A DNA stretch of 64,000 nt from assembly GCA_964016885.1 (NCBI GenBank), contig OZ024740.1:173290001-173354000 (forward strand), in the 5' to 3' direction. A program made the translations under genes and the position numbers. A model generated the notes under the pieces. That model was not told the origin of the DNA and ran no database searches. It worked only from the letters and a program-made list of their open reading frames with translations. The DNA comes from Eledone cirrhosa (lineage: Eukaryota). Within the stretch, counting starts at the first letter, position 1, and each line of letters opens with the position of its first letter. Of this stretch, positions 42,193 through 56,540 are shown in pieces.

Positions 42193-42470
42193 AAAACAGC
42201 CTATCGTCAGATCGGACCAAGGAGACAATGTTTCCATTGGTCTTTCCATTGTTGATGCTATCTGCCGGCTGCAACTCCTGTCAAAAGAAGTAATATGAAA
42301 TAAAGTATTTTAATACACCGTGCGGTTCAAGAATCGAACCCATGATTCAAGAGTTCACCATCCTAAGCACTACTCCAAGCGGCTAATTGACAAAATCCTT
42401 AGGAGCGTCGGATTAAATGCCTCGATTTTTGTGCCGGTTCAGATAGTAGCGGTAATGAAAGGACCAAGGG

Positions 42471-42525
<55 letters not shown>

Positions 42526-42529
42526 GATT

Positions 42530-44790
42530 GATTGAATGGAGAGGTATTACTAGAGTTCAAGCAAAGGACTGTCTATGATGAACACCTTCTTCCAGCACAG
42601 AGATATCCATAATTATAATGGTATAAGGGGAATCAGGGACAGAGATCAATAATTGATTTTGTTATTGTCTCTGATCTCTCTTATTCTGTACTGGATGTTC
42701 ATGTTAAGAGAGGGGCTGAGCTGTCAACTGATCACCATCTAGTCATCTGCAGCTTGAGACTATCTAAAGTCAAAGAAGCCTACAAAAGTCACAGATCCAG
42801 GGCGACCTACAGGATAAAGTGGGAAACATTGGTGGATAAGGAAGTCAGAACAAGGTATGCAGATACTATTGCATCCAAATTCAGGGAAGACCCTGAGCAA
42901 ACTAAGGACGTTGAAATGTGAAAAGTGGAGATTGTTCAGTGCAGCAGTTTCTGCTTGAGGTATTAAATGCTGCGGGTGAAGGAGGTTTGGTGTGGCACCG
43001 GATGGCAGGACCCCTTCGTTGTATCAAGAGGTCAAAGATGCCATCCGAGCAAAGAAGAAGGCTTACAAAGCTTGGCTTGGAAATAAGTCCTCATCCTTGT
43101 ACTTGCGGTAAAAGCAGGCACGAAGAATTGTAGCAGGAACAGTAAAGGCGTCCAAAGTTAAGACATAGGAGGATTTTGGGGTTAAGCTGGAATCCGACTT
43201 TAGATCAGTAAATAAGATGTTCTGGCAGACCATCCGCTAACTACATAATAAGAAGCTCTCCTCCACACCTGCTATCAAGAATACGTCTGCGTTTCTCCTC
43301 TCTTCCTCGCGAGGTGGAGAGAATACTTTGCTGATCTCCTAAACCCGATCACAACATCATCTTCGGATGTACAAGAGGTGCATCTGGGAGCGGTGACTAA
43401 TCTCTCGGGGGCTGGGATCACAAGAACACTTAACGATGATCTTACCGCCCAAGATACTAAAAGCCGTAAACAGAGAAGATATCCTCTGGTTGACTCGTGT
43501 GTGTCAGGTGGCCTGGATCTCTGGAAAGGCACCTAAGCAATGGCAATCGGGAGTGATAATCCCAATTTTCAAAAAGAGAGACAAGAGAGACTGGTCCAAT
43601 TACAGAGGGATCTCTTTGTTAAGCCTCCTCTGTAAGGTCTATGCTAAGTGCCTGGCAAAGAGATGCAAGGAGATTGTCGAGTACAAGTTAACTCATGAAC
43701 AGTGTGGTTTTCGCCCCGGACACAGCACAGCCGTGTTTTCGAGAAATCGTGGGATTATTTCCAAGCGGCATATTCTTGTCTTGTCGACCTTGAAAAGGCA
43801 TGTGACCGCGTTCCTCGGGACCTTCTGTGGAAGATTATGCAGGAGTATGTGATTGACGGTCAGCTGCTCTGGTGTCTCTATACGAATGCCCAAGTATCTG
43901 TGTTCGGATAAATGGTGCTTAATCGAAACCATTCAATGTGGGGGGGCCGGGCTCCGCCAAGGATGCGTACTGATTGACACCTGTCTTGTTCATTATTTAC
44001 ATGATAGGGATTGACATGCGCAGTCGCGTTGAAAGTGGTGTTATGATTGGCGGATGTAAAATCAGTCGACTGAAATTTGCAGATAACATGGTGTTACTTA
44101 ACTCGACAGAAGGTGATCTCTGACTTGCACCCGATAGGTTTGATGCCGAGTGCTGTATGGATGGAATGACAATCAGTGCTGCGAAAATTGAGACACTCAT
44201 CCTCTCAAGGAAGCCTGTGAAGTGCATGCGACATGTGAATGGACTTCCACTGAAGCAGGTGGAGAAGTTAAAGTAACTCAGGGCCGTGCTCACGAGTGAT
44301 GGAAGGCAGGAGGCTGAATTAAGTGCAAGAATTTCAGGAGCTGATGCAGTAATGTGCCAGCTTCAGCATTCAGTATCAGAAGGGAAGTAGGTGCAAAAGC
44401 CAAAACTGCTACCTTCAATTCGATATTAGCAACAACCGTTACCTATGGTCATGAATGTTGGGAAATGACCGAAAGAATACGATTGCGAATACAAGCGGCC
44501 GAAATGGCATTCCTCCGAAGGGTCTTTAGAGTAACGTTACTTGCTAGAGTGAGCAACTCAGAGATTAGAGTCACTCCAGCTGGAGCCGCTACTTCTCCAA
44601 ATTGAGATATCACAGCTCCGATACTATGGACATGGGATTAGAATGTCTCAGAAAAAATCGCTGGACAGATTTGACGGGCAAAACCAAGCGGCGGAAGACC
44701 CAGGGATAGATCCCGAACAAGATGGTTGAATAACATCCATGAGCTTGGCTGGTTTCGCTTGGGGATAAAAGATGGACTAGAATTTGGAGG
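42530..44790 (+). mobile_element. RTE-clade LINE relic
   Basis: APE IDFVIV/STDHHLV; RT NYRGISLLSL, EQCGFRPG, DLEKA.DRVPR, RQGC, FAD; 3' YGHECW..IQAAEMAFLRRV; many stops. Confidence 0.9.
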
Positions 44791-44804
44791 AACACAAGGC
44801 AAAA

Positions 44805-44988
44805 TAATTGTTTCTACTTTTGGCACAAGGCCAGCAAATACCCAGTGCATTACTGGTACTTTATTTTATCGACCCCGTAAGGATGAAAGGCAAAGTTAAC
44901 CTCGGCGGGATTTGAACTCAGACCGTAAAGGGACGTAACTATGCTGGAAAGCATGGCGTCCGGCTCTCTACCGATACTGCCAATTCAC
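44805..44988 (-). mobile_element. tRNA-derived SINE (major family)
   Basis: Near-consensus copy on the minus strand. Confidence 0.9.
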
Positions 44989-45780
44989 TGTTTGTCACTT
45001 AGCCCTGTATCCTACCGTTTCTGTTTCTCCGCTATTCACTTCAAAGTTTAGCAATATATTGACATAGAAACAACTCTCCAAATTTTGGGTGAAGGGTATA
45101 GCCGATCATATCCTACCCATAGACCCCGGAAGGGTGAACCCCAAAGTCGACTCCGGTGGAATTTGAGCCCAGAACGTAAAGAAAGGTAGGTAAATACCCA
45201 AATACCCGCAAGCCAATCTGCCCGATACTAACGATTCTACCACTCCACCTCCCTCTAATTTAACAATACAGTGACGTGTGGCTGAAAAGATGTGATCCAG
45301 GAAATATATTATTTATATCTGGTAAGTATATACGTATAATAAGCACAAAACATCTATATTAGCAGTATGAATAATACCACGCTATCTATATCACTTGACA
45401 TAAATTTCAAAGTGATCCAAAATTAGCTTCTGTATTATGATGCTAGTAGAGAAAATAATTAGTTGTATATATTATATGTTGTGAATGTGGCAAAAGTAGA
45501 TTAAGCATATAATCCAACTCTTATTCATAATTGTTACATGTTCATTACCTTACGTCGGTACTAAATCTGCGACCAAGTATCTGTAAGGAGCATCCGGAAA
45601 ATGGTTTCAATTTCAAATTGACATTACAAATTGTAGTCGTCCTAACGCAGATGACCATAATGATAGTAGATTAGTATAAATATTAGTTGAAAGATCGAAT
45701 AATTTACCCCTGGAGATGGAAAAAGTTGGCAGAGGCGCTTATGTGATTTAAAAAATATTATTTATACTAATCTACCATTA

Positions 45781-46095
45781 TTCATCCTTACGGGGTCGAT
45801 AAAATAAAGTACCAGTAATGTACTGGGATAATTGCTGGCCTTGTGCCAAAAGTAGAAACAATTATTATAGTCATCTGCTAGGGTGGTGGATTGGCAGTAT
45901 CTGTAGAGGGTCGGACACCATGCTTTGCAGCATAGAGTTACGGCTCTTATGATCTGAGCTCAAATCCCGCCGAGGTTAACTTTGCCTTTCATCCTTATGG
46001 GGTCGATAAAATAAAGTACCAGTCACGCACTGGGGTCGATTTAATCGACTTTCCCCTCCCTCCAAATTACTGGCCTTGTGCCTATAAGAAACCAT
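45781..46095 (+). mobile_element. Two SINE copies inside a small inverted-repeat element
   Basis: Truncated SINE 45781-45865 and full SINE 45880-46095 flanked by the direct repeat ATTATTATAGTCATCTGC; host inverted repeat at 45632-45682 versus 45759-45780 and 46096-46126. Confidence 0.8.
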
Positions 46096-47320
46096 TATTA
46101 TAGTCATCTGCATTAAGTTGACTACATTTAAAATTTCGTATATATACATGTATAGCGAAGTTCAAGAGTTTAAATAAGTTTTTTTATGTATTTGGGTGGG
46201 TGGAATGTTACTTTTCGAGGCTGTACCTTCACGTGAGAAAGTGTATGTAGCATAATTTAACTAGTGATTTAATCACGATTTTTTTTCTTTGCACTAAGAA
46301 AAAAGAACTATTTACTTTGATGGTCGACGTTTTCTGTTATACAAAAGATGTATACAAAAGCAATGTTTTAAAATATTTCTAACTTGTTGGCACTTGTAAA
46401 ATTGATTATCGTAATAAATGGAAAGAGGAAAGGCTACTGAATACAAGAAATTCGGGTGGTTTTCGTTTGTGCTTTGAGGGTGTGTGTGTTTTTATCTTTG
46501 ATTACATGCTTTTAATAGTTGTATATATTTTTTCAATGTAGATAAGTAAGTTAAGTCTAGATTTCCATTCAAATCCTGCAAGTTTGACCACTATCGTGTT
46601 ATGTTTTTTCTTCTGGTTCCTTTGGTGTTCTTTTGTTGTTGTTGTTTTGTTTTTTCTATTATAGTAGGTAGCTTCGAATATGATATCGAACCAAAATGAA
46701 TTGTAGATTCTGTCTGCATCAACATATTGATTTGTACTTTTTATGTGTTATTCATTGATGCTAACGTGTTTTCGTTATAGACTTAAAAATATAATTGAAA
46801 TACATTGAATTGACTGTACATTCACTTATATACAGAACTGAATTAAGCTTTTGTAATGTAGTTAAACGTTGCGGTGATAAGAGGTGAAATATGAACTAAG
46901 AACACAGTTACTACAAGGAATCCCGTCCGATGTTCTCACATTTCAGCCTCCACGCCACCCCAGCCTTAGCATAGGCACCTGTACCGATAGTTTATTGATC
47001 ACTACTAAAAGGATGGGAGACGAAGTTGATTCGTTCTGACGGTTCTGCTAGTTCACCGTCGCTTGCATATACTACAAGAGCAATAAGTATGCTGACTTAT
47101 TACATCGGAGAATAACTTAATTGGAACTTTATGTATCGACCCCAAAATGATGGAGGGTAAAGTTGATCTCGGTGGGATTTGAACTTAGACTGCTGAGAAC
47201 CAGAACAAATATAGTAAGGCATTTTATCCAACGCTCAAACAACATTGCGACTATGTATGTGGATGTGTTATGGTCGCCTGCTGGCCACGCACAAATTTGT
47301 TTAAAACTCACACACACATT

Positions 47321-47373
<53 letters not shown>

Positions 47374-47681
47374 TCCACATATACACAAACTAGACAGAGC
47401 CATAGATATATATATGTGTGGTTTTGGCAACCATTCACGATTTGGCTCAATGACGAATTAATTAATTAAATAATCAACATTTAGAGCAATATACAAGAAA
47501 GTACGTCCATAGAATCATTTGATAAAATATATACAGTATTTCCTCTCCTAATCAGCATAATCAACTACACAAAAGATCAACTAAACAAGGCTATAAGATT
47601 AAAAGGCACCTATGAAGAAACAATAGATAAATAAACGATGGCTATTTTATTCGCGATCAACAGCCACAGAATATTTACCCA

Positions 47682-47717
<36 letters not shown>

Positions 47718-47770
47718 ATTTAAAACTGCACTATTCACAAGTGTTTTTTAACCTTCATATCATGTCTCCC

Positions 47771-47841
47771 TATTTTATCTGACGAAAACGCAAATGTCAT
47801 CGCATGATGATATTTGTTTTTGAAATGCGCATAATAAAATA
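47771..47841 (+). ncRNA. Minimal type I hammerhead ribozyme
   Basis: TATTTTAT CTGACGA [long stem II aaacgcaaatgtcatc..gatgatatttgttttt] GAA ATGCGCAT A ATAAAATA; perfect 8-bp stem I; followed by a tail with ACTC..GAGTGC and then (TACA)n. Confidence 0.8.
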
Positions 47842-48020
47842 CATGGAACTCTTTTAACCATCATTTGATCTTATATATTATTTATACTCCAGTCCTACAA
47901 ACTGTAGAGTGCTACTTATCCGATATCTGCATTGCTTTATTGTACTACAATAAAACTCACCTCCTACATACATACATACATACATACATACATACATACA
48001 TACATACATACATACATACA

Positions 48021-48395
<375 letters not shown>

Positions 48396-48573
48396 GGTAT
48401 ATAAAGTCTTTAGATATATTAAGACAGTCTTTAGACTTTAGATATATAAATTACTTAAATATAGAAATGGGTTAGGATTCGAAAGATACCATTTCTAAGA
48501 AACGGTGATCTAAAGTTCAACGACTCAATCTGGCATGAACTATCTATCTATACATACGTACAGGACATACATG

Positions 48574-48629
<56 letters not shown>

Positions 48630-48719
48630 TGTATGTACGATTCAACAGGCGATATCCACACCTCAGAAAATTTTTATTGCTTATGATACTGATTTGAAGA
48701 AAAACACGCGCTCACACAC

Positions 48720-48766
<47 letters not shown>

Positions 48767-49016
48767 AGAGTTATAATTTGATTATCATTTACTCTCTCTC
48801 TCTCTCTCTCTCTCCACACACACACACACATACATACGTACATGCATACATATACATACGAACTTTATCTTTAAATAATCTACATACTTCCATTCCCCAA
48901 ATTTTATCTCACAGTTAAATATTCATTTCTGAAACCCGATCTCACTTGGTCGCCACAACTGAAATAGAGAAGGTGCTCTATACTTTCTTGAATAACAAAC
49001 TATTTGTACGGAATAG

Positions 49017-49330
49017 TGGCGGGGAATGTAAAGATGCGCAGCCTAGAGCTTAGAGTGGATCATGAGTTCGAAACCCGGTGACGTGTTCTGTTCTTGTGTA
49101 AGATACTTTGTTTCAAGTTGCTTCAGTCTATTCAACTGGCAAAAATGTGTTGTATACATGTAATTCGAAAGGCCAGTCTTGTGTCACGCTAAATCTCCCT
49201 GAGAACTACGTTAAGGATGCATACGTCACTGGTATACTCAGCCACTTGCATGTTTATTTCAGGAGCAGACGATTTCATTGATCGAATCAACAGGAACACT
49301 GAACGTCGGAAGCGACGGAGGTCCAACAGA
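49017..49330 (+). mobile_element. Second SINE family copy
   Basis: B box GAGTTCGAAACC; body shared with 13430-13655 and 28668-28790. Confidence 0.7.
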
Positions 49331-49392
49331 ATGAAATTATATATAAATCCCCACTGTATAGTCCTGTCCTGTCCTTGAAACCATTATTTAAT

Positions 49393-51256
49393 CGGTAGAG
49401 CGCCTGACAATTTTGACATATAGTTACGTCCCTTTCCGTTATGAGTTCAAATCCTGCCGAAGTTAGCTTTACCTTTCATCCTTACGGGGTCGATAAAAAA
49501 AAGCATTAGTAAAGCACTGTGGTTGGTTTAATCGACCTTTCCCAAATGACTGGCCTTGTTCCTAATGTAGAAATAATCATGAGTACGGCGGTGGATGGGC
49601 AGAATTGTTAGGGCATCGGCCCCCTTCCCGCCAAATGACTGGCCTTGTTCCTAATGTAGAAATAATCATGAGTACGGCGGTGGATGGGCAGAATTGTTAG
49701 GGCATCGGCCCCCTTCCCGCCAAATGACTGGCCTTGTTCCTAATGTAGAAATAATCATGAGTACGGCGGTGGATGGGCAGAATTGTTAGGGCATCGGCCC
49801 CCTTCCCGCCAAATGACTGGCCTTGTTCCTAATGTAGAAATAATCATGAGTACGGCGGTGGATGGGCAGAATTGTTAGGGCATCGGCCCCCTTCCCGCCA
49901 AATGACTGGCCTTGTTCCTAATGTAGAAATAATCATGAGTACGGCGGTGGATGGGCAGAATTGTTAGGGCATCGGCTCCCTTCCCGCCAAATGACTAGCC
50001 TTGTTCCTAATGTAGAAATAATCATGAGTACGGCGGTGGATGGGCAGAATTGTTAGGGCATCGGCTCCCTTCCCGCCAAATGACTGGCCTTGTTCCTAAT
50101 GTAGAAATAATCATGAGTACGGCGGTGGATGGGCAGAATTGTTAGGGCATCGGACGAAATACTTTGTCGTGTCTGTTCCGACTCTTTACGCTCTGTGTTC
50201 AAATCCCATCAAGGTCAACTTTACTTTTCATCCTTACAGGACTGATGAAATAAAGTACCAGTAAAATACTGTGGTGGATTTCATCGATTTACTCCTCCCC
50301 CAAAATTGCTGGCCTCATGCTTTATTTAGAAATCATTATTAAGAGGGGCGGTGGATTGGCAGTATCGGTAGAGGGTCGAACGCCATGCTTTCCAGCATAG
50401 TTACGTCCCTTTACGATCTGAGTTCAAATCCCGCCGAGGTTGACTTTGCCTTTCATCCTAACGAGGTCGATAAAATAAAGTACCAGTAATGCACTGGGTA
50501 TTTGCTGGCCTTGTGCCAAACGTAAAAGCAATTATTATTCACTCACCAAGCTACTATTATTAAGATGGCGGTAGAATCGTTAGATCGTCGGAGAAAATGC
50601 TTTGCGGCATTTAGTTACAGTTCTTTATATTCTGAGTTCAAATTACGCTGAGGTCAACGTTGCCTTTCGTCCTTTGAGGGTCTATGAAATATAATACCAG
50701 TCACATACTAGGGTTAATATTGTTCATCCACAAAATAAAAAATGTGAGACATTAGAGTATTAAACAAAATGTGTTACGACTTTTACTTTCTTAGTTCAAA
50801 CCACTCCGTGGTCAACTTTGTCTTTCATCCTTACGGGGTCGATAAAATAAAGTACCAGTAAGCACTGGGGTCGATTTAATCGACTTTCCCCTTACTTTCA
50901 AATTGCTGGCCTTGTGCCTAAAGTAAAAACAACTATTATTATGTGGATTGGCAGTATCGGTAGAGGGTCAGACACCATGCTTTCTAGCATAGAGTTACGT
51001 CCCTTTACAGTCTGAGTTCAAATCCCGCCAAGGTTAACTTTGGCTTTCATCCTTACGGGGTCGATAAAATAAAGTACCAGTAATACACTGGGATAATTGC
51101 TGGCCTTGTGCCTAAAGTAGAAACAATTATTACATTCTGAGTTCAAATCCCGCCGAGATTAACTTTGCCTTTCATCTTTACGGGATCGATAAAATAAAGT
51201 ACTAGTAATACACTGGGTAATTGCTGGCCTTGTGTCAAAAATACAAACAATTATTA
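49393..51256 (+). mobile_element. Head-to-tail array of ~7 major-family SINE copies and fragments
   Basis: Repeated B box/central domain/tail units at ~49393, 50120, 50346, 50566, 50790, 50943 and 51134. Confidence 0.88.
49542..50153. repeat. 89-bp minisatellite, 7 copies, derived from a SINE tail-head junction
   Basis: Unit starts CCAAATGACTGGCCTTGTTCC at 49542, 49631, 49720, 49809, 49898, 49987 and 50076. Confidence 0.95.
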
Positions 51257-51739
51257 TTAAGGGGCCGCTTTAGAAATAATTTCGTAGTGACTCAGTTTTG
51301 AGTCCTAACTGAAATCGTTTCAGTTCACCTATACAACCTCTCCAGGTCTGAATACAGCAGATGTCTTCCAGAGAAGGATAGAGAGACTGAAAGAAAGGAG
51401 GTGAGAAAGAGATCTAGAGGAAGAATAGACACCAGTACTAGACTGGTACTTTTTTTTTATCGACTTCGAAAGGATGAAAGGCAAAGTTGACCTCGGCGGA
51501 GAGAGATTTTCAGATAAGATGGGCCCTATGACCACCAACTCCAAGAAATCACATGTAAGTTAATAATTGTTTCTACGTTTGGCGCAAGGTCAGCAATTAC
51601 CCAATACATTACTGGTACTTCATTTTATCGATCCCCGTAAGGAAGAAAGGCAAAGTTAACCTCGACAGGATTTGAGCTCAGACCGTAAAGGGACGTAACT
51701 ATGCTGGAAAGCATGGTATAATGGTTTCTAATTTGTCCC

Positions 51740-52345
51740 TGGATAAAAGGCCATGTCTCATCTGGGATGCCACAGGCAGTGACACTTTTGCTCCCTCTCA
51801 CATCATGGACGCCGCGGTAAATGTTGGGGGGATCACTGCTTCCGTTGCCGAACGGAATAAACTTCGTAAATACCTGGATTTATCCAGTAATTATTTTTTC
51901 CAACCTGTGGCGTTCGAGACGTTTGGTGGAGTCGGACCGCTGACAGCGAAGTTCTTGTCATCGCTGGCGGCTCACCTTACTGAGGTGTCAAGTGATGCCC
52001 GTGAAGGTGCCTGTCTGTTTCAGCGCGTTAGCCTCACCATCACCCGTGGTAATGCTGCGAGCGTATTGGCTTGCTTCAAAGTGTTTAGTTAACCCTTATG
52101 GTGTGATGTGCGGCCGATTGTCGCTCTTAGTGGTGAATTGATGGTCGTTTTTGTTTTTGCTCCATTCACATTTCTTCTTCTTTTTTCTCACTTTTATACG
52201 TTTATATTAATGTTTATCAACGACATTATATTTGTAATGTTCTTCTGAACGAATTACAAGTAATCTATAATGTTAGTTATGTATATATTTAAAACATATT
52301 TGTAATGTTATTTATACAACTGTAAATAAAATATATAAAAACAAC
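51740..52345 (+). mobile_element. CRE-type LINE 3' end (different subfamily)
   Basis: LIWDATGSDTFAPSH..AERNKLRKY..FQPVAFETFG..LFQRVSLTITRGNAASV*, then an AT-rich 3' UTR with AATAAA. Confidence 0.88.
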
Positions 52346-52595
52346 AACAAAAATCAGAAAAATAAATGTTGACATAATACCAGCAATTCGGTAGAAAAAG
52401 AAAGTTGATTTCTATCGACGTCAGTACTTAATTAGTTCTTTATTTTATCAAACCCGGAAGGATAAAAGTCATTGCTGACACCGATGGGATTTCAACTCAG
52501 AAAGTAAATAGCCCTAACTAAATACTGCGAAGCATTTTGTCCGTCGCCCTAAGGATTCCGATAATCAGAGAAATGATACGAGAGACTCATAACAA

Positions 52596-52643
<48 letters not shown>

Positions 52644-53235
52644 AGGGCTTCCCCCTTGTTGTCGAGTATGGCCATTGCACGATATACCATTATTAATAAT
52701 TATTAATTAATTTTATCGTGCAATGCCTGTGCGTGAAGATTTTTTTTAAATGAGGAAAGACTGTGCACTGAGCCAATCCCACTCTCTCAGCGACAGTAGC
52801 TATCACACGAAAATAAGAAAAGATCAGCATCATCGGTAACTACTGAGCCGCAGGTTTTATGTCGGAGTTATATATATATGTGTGTAACATAATTCTACTG
52901 TTTTACCTGGCGAAGATTCGAAACCGAATCTAAAAGTTCTTGCTTCTAAAACCACCTACTGTTAGGAATTCTCACCATTATCCTGTCAAAAGACAACAAT
53001 GATAAACGTATATACCACTTGACCTGTGACCCCAGGCACTTGACAGATGAAATACACATGGCTACTCCTAAATCAACCCATATACACATCCTTCTAGCTA
53101 TAGTGTTATTATAAATATAATCGCTTGGAGACCCACAGAATAGAGGTTATGAAGCAGCAGTCCTTGAGAGAATAAGGATGTAACACATTCACTTTCTACA
53201 GACCCATTGGGGTCTACAGACGTCTACAGACCTTT

Positions 53236-53312
<77 letters not shown>

Positions 53313-53788
53313 GGTCTTACCGGCTCTCACCTTCTCGGCCACCAGAGATAGTGATAATACAGACTACAGAAGGACGTTTTACTAACACGATGAATATCTC
53401 TTCACGAATACAGTCTTCTAGTTACATTGCTCTCACATTTCATACCAGCTCGACAGATTGACCACTTCTACAGAAACAACGTATGCTAAGGATAAACACA
53501 CACACACACACACAGTAGGTTTCCTTATATTGTTCCCTACTACATTTTATCCTTTCGCCTTCCTCTCATTTCTCTACTACTGAAAAGTATGACACAACTT
53601 TTACTATATTTGATACATGCATACACGCTATCTCGAAGTAGCTAGTAAGAAATTAATTGTTTCTACTTTTGGCACAAGGCCAGCAATTACCCAGTTCATT
53701 ACTGGTACTTTACTTTACACACATATATATATATATATATATATATTTGTTTTGCAAGGTTTTTGATATGAAATCATATATATATATA

Positions 53789-53891
53789 ACGAAGGAATTG
53801 TGGTAAGGAACCAGATGGACCATAACGCACCAAAGTACTCAATACTTACGGTAGTAGAGTGGGTAATACTGCCGTCGGGGTCATACTTGTT

Positions 53892-53895
<4 letters not shown>
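53789..53895 (-). mobile_element. Family A copy 5 (central hairpin deleted)
   Basis: Tail intact, then it jumps directly to the outer 26 bp of the inverted arm. Confidence 0.8.
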
Positions 53896-53934
<39 letters not shown>

Positions 53935-53936
<2 letters not shown>

Positions 53937-55328
53937 CTTTTGCAAGGTTTTTGATATGAAATCGTGTGTCGAAACAAATATTGTTATAGTTGCGGAGGGT
54001 CATATTGTTGTAATAATATTGCCAGAAATAATAACAGAACACACTCACTGTTTGATAGGTTTTCGCTTCTGCATCTTTTATATCACCATAGTTAATTTAT
54101 TTGGCAATCAACATTTATCATTGATTGACCAACGGTTAAAAATACAGATATAAATATATATATATAGTCTATCAAAGTTCTTTCGTTGCACATCTGCAAC
54201 ATGGTACTATTATGTTTCCTCCTGTTGTATTGTATGTCTACGCCATTTTTATTTCATTTATTTATTTATTTATTATTGTCTCCGTCTCTGTGCATGCGTT
54301 TACGTGTGTGTATAATGCTGTGTGTGTTTTTGTTTTTGTATTCTTTGTTTATTAGTGTGTGTTTATATGTGTTTGTTGTTATTGTACCTGTGTATATATT
54401 TATTTATTTATATTTCCCTTAAGTCAGTATTGTTTGTTTGGGTATGGTGTTGTTATTCCATTCATTTTTTTCTGTTTAACTTTGGTCTTCTTCGCTCTAT
54501 CTCACTTGCCTCTCTGATTTGCCTACCTGTTGAGTCAGTTCTATGTTTAGATATTATTTTAATTTCTATGTTGTTTATATTACCGTCATGTCTTTGTCTG
54601 GCGTGTTCGTATAGTACTGAACCGTTTTTGTTTTTTTTGTCCTTTTAGTTCCCCCCAGTGTTGGTCTATTCTTTCTCCTATGCTTCGAGCTGTCTCACCT
54701 ATGTATGACGTTGTAATGTTTCTGCAAGTACCCTCTGTACATCTTAGTGCTATAGACTACATTTCTAGTTTTACAGTTTATCTTGGAGGTTCATTTTACA
54801 TATAACACATTTCTTATTAGTACAATGGGTTTTCTTAAAGGGGTATGTTTTGCTGATCAGGGATTTTATGGTAGTTCCTGGCTTTTCTACCACTTTAATC
54901 TTTAAATGGGTTAGGGCCTTTCTATATTGGTTAGCTAATTTTTCTCCAGGGGTAGCATCCACGAACATGACGCTCTGGTTGTCGTACCATGAAGTGGCTT
55001 TCCCTATCTTATGTTTAGTCCTATCTAAGCTATTCTATCATTTGCTCCTGTATAATGGCCAAATCCCTTTCATGTCCATTTCTATGAGGGTCTTATATTT
55101 CTTTGTGGCTCCTTTGTATACTCTGATTCTGTCTCTTTGGTTGTAGCCAGAGAACTGCATGCGGTTGATGAAGTGTTGGATGTGTCTTTCCATTTCAGTT
55201 GGGTCGCATATGCGAGACACATTCTTCATCACTCTTACCAAGTCTGCTATCAGAATGTTAAACTTAGCACTATTGGACATTGCTAAGTTTTTGAGTATCA
55301 GGTATTTGGAGGCCATGGGTTTAGCATA

Positions 55329-55330
<2 letters not shown>
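53935..55330 (-). mobile_element. Penelope-like element 3' half (RT thumb, Cys linker, GIY-YIG, 3' UTR)
   Basis: RMQFSGY, FVDATPGEKLA..KVVEKPG..PF..C..C.IC, NVVY..SYIGETARSIGERIDQH, RQIREA..PKLNRKNEW; partial hammerhead GTTGCA..TGCAAC GAAAGAACTTTGA near 54172-54200. Confidence 0.88.
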
Positions 55331-55402
<72 letters not shown>

Positions 55403-55412
55403 TTTCTTTTTT

Positions 55413-55799
<387 letters not shown>

Positions 55800-56064
55800 T
55801 ATATTGTTTTCCTTTTTTATTTATTTCTCTCTTTATTCTGGGTTAGAAAATAATTAAAACGAAATGTTTTACTTTGTGTGAAGTGTTAAGGTATTAGTTG
55901 ATTTATTTATTAATTAACAATGGCATTTATTTATCTATTTATATATTTAATAATTGCCTATTACCGGTTTCAGCATTTTTATGTATTATCAAATGATAGT
56001 GATATATATTGGTGTAGAATGGTGGTGTTGCACATGTTAAAGAAATGGTGCAGAAAGAATAATG

Positions 56065-56123
<59 letters not shown>

Positions 56124-56451
56124 TTAAAATAACAGATTAAAGTTTAAGCAAAGAATCGCTGCTTTCACCCTTAACCTTTGATATATATATTATCCTTATT
56201 TATCTCTTCGGATTTTAGTCTTCACATTTATTATTATTACTATACCTATACATATACATATATATATATATATAGGCATATAGATAAATGTGTGTGTGTA
56301 TGCATGCGTGTATGTGTGTGTGTCAATCACCCTTTAGCTGTTTCAGGCAATCTAATTCTGTGCTCTTAGTGTTTTGTGTTACTATCACGCTTGATCTTCT
56401 TCTCTTCTAAACTAGACGTACCTTCACTCGTGACTAGAACAACGCCTTCCC

Positions 56452-56540
<89 letters not shown>

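Noticed and set aside
49542-50153. Possible CRISPR array
   Set aside because: Whole 89-bp units are near-identical with no variable spacers, and the unit is SINE-derived.
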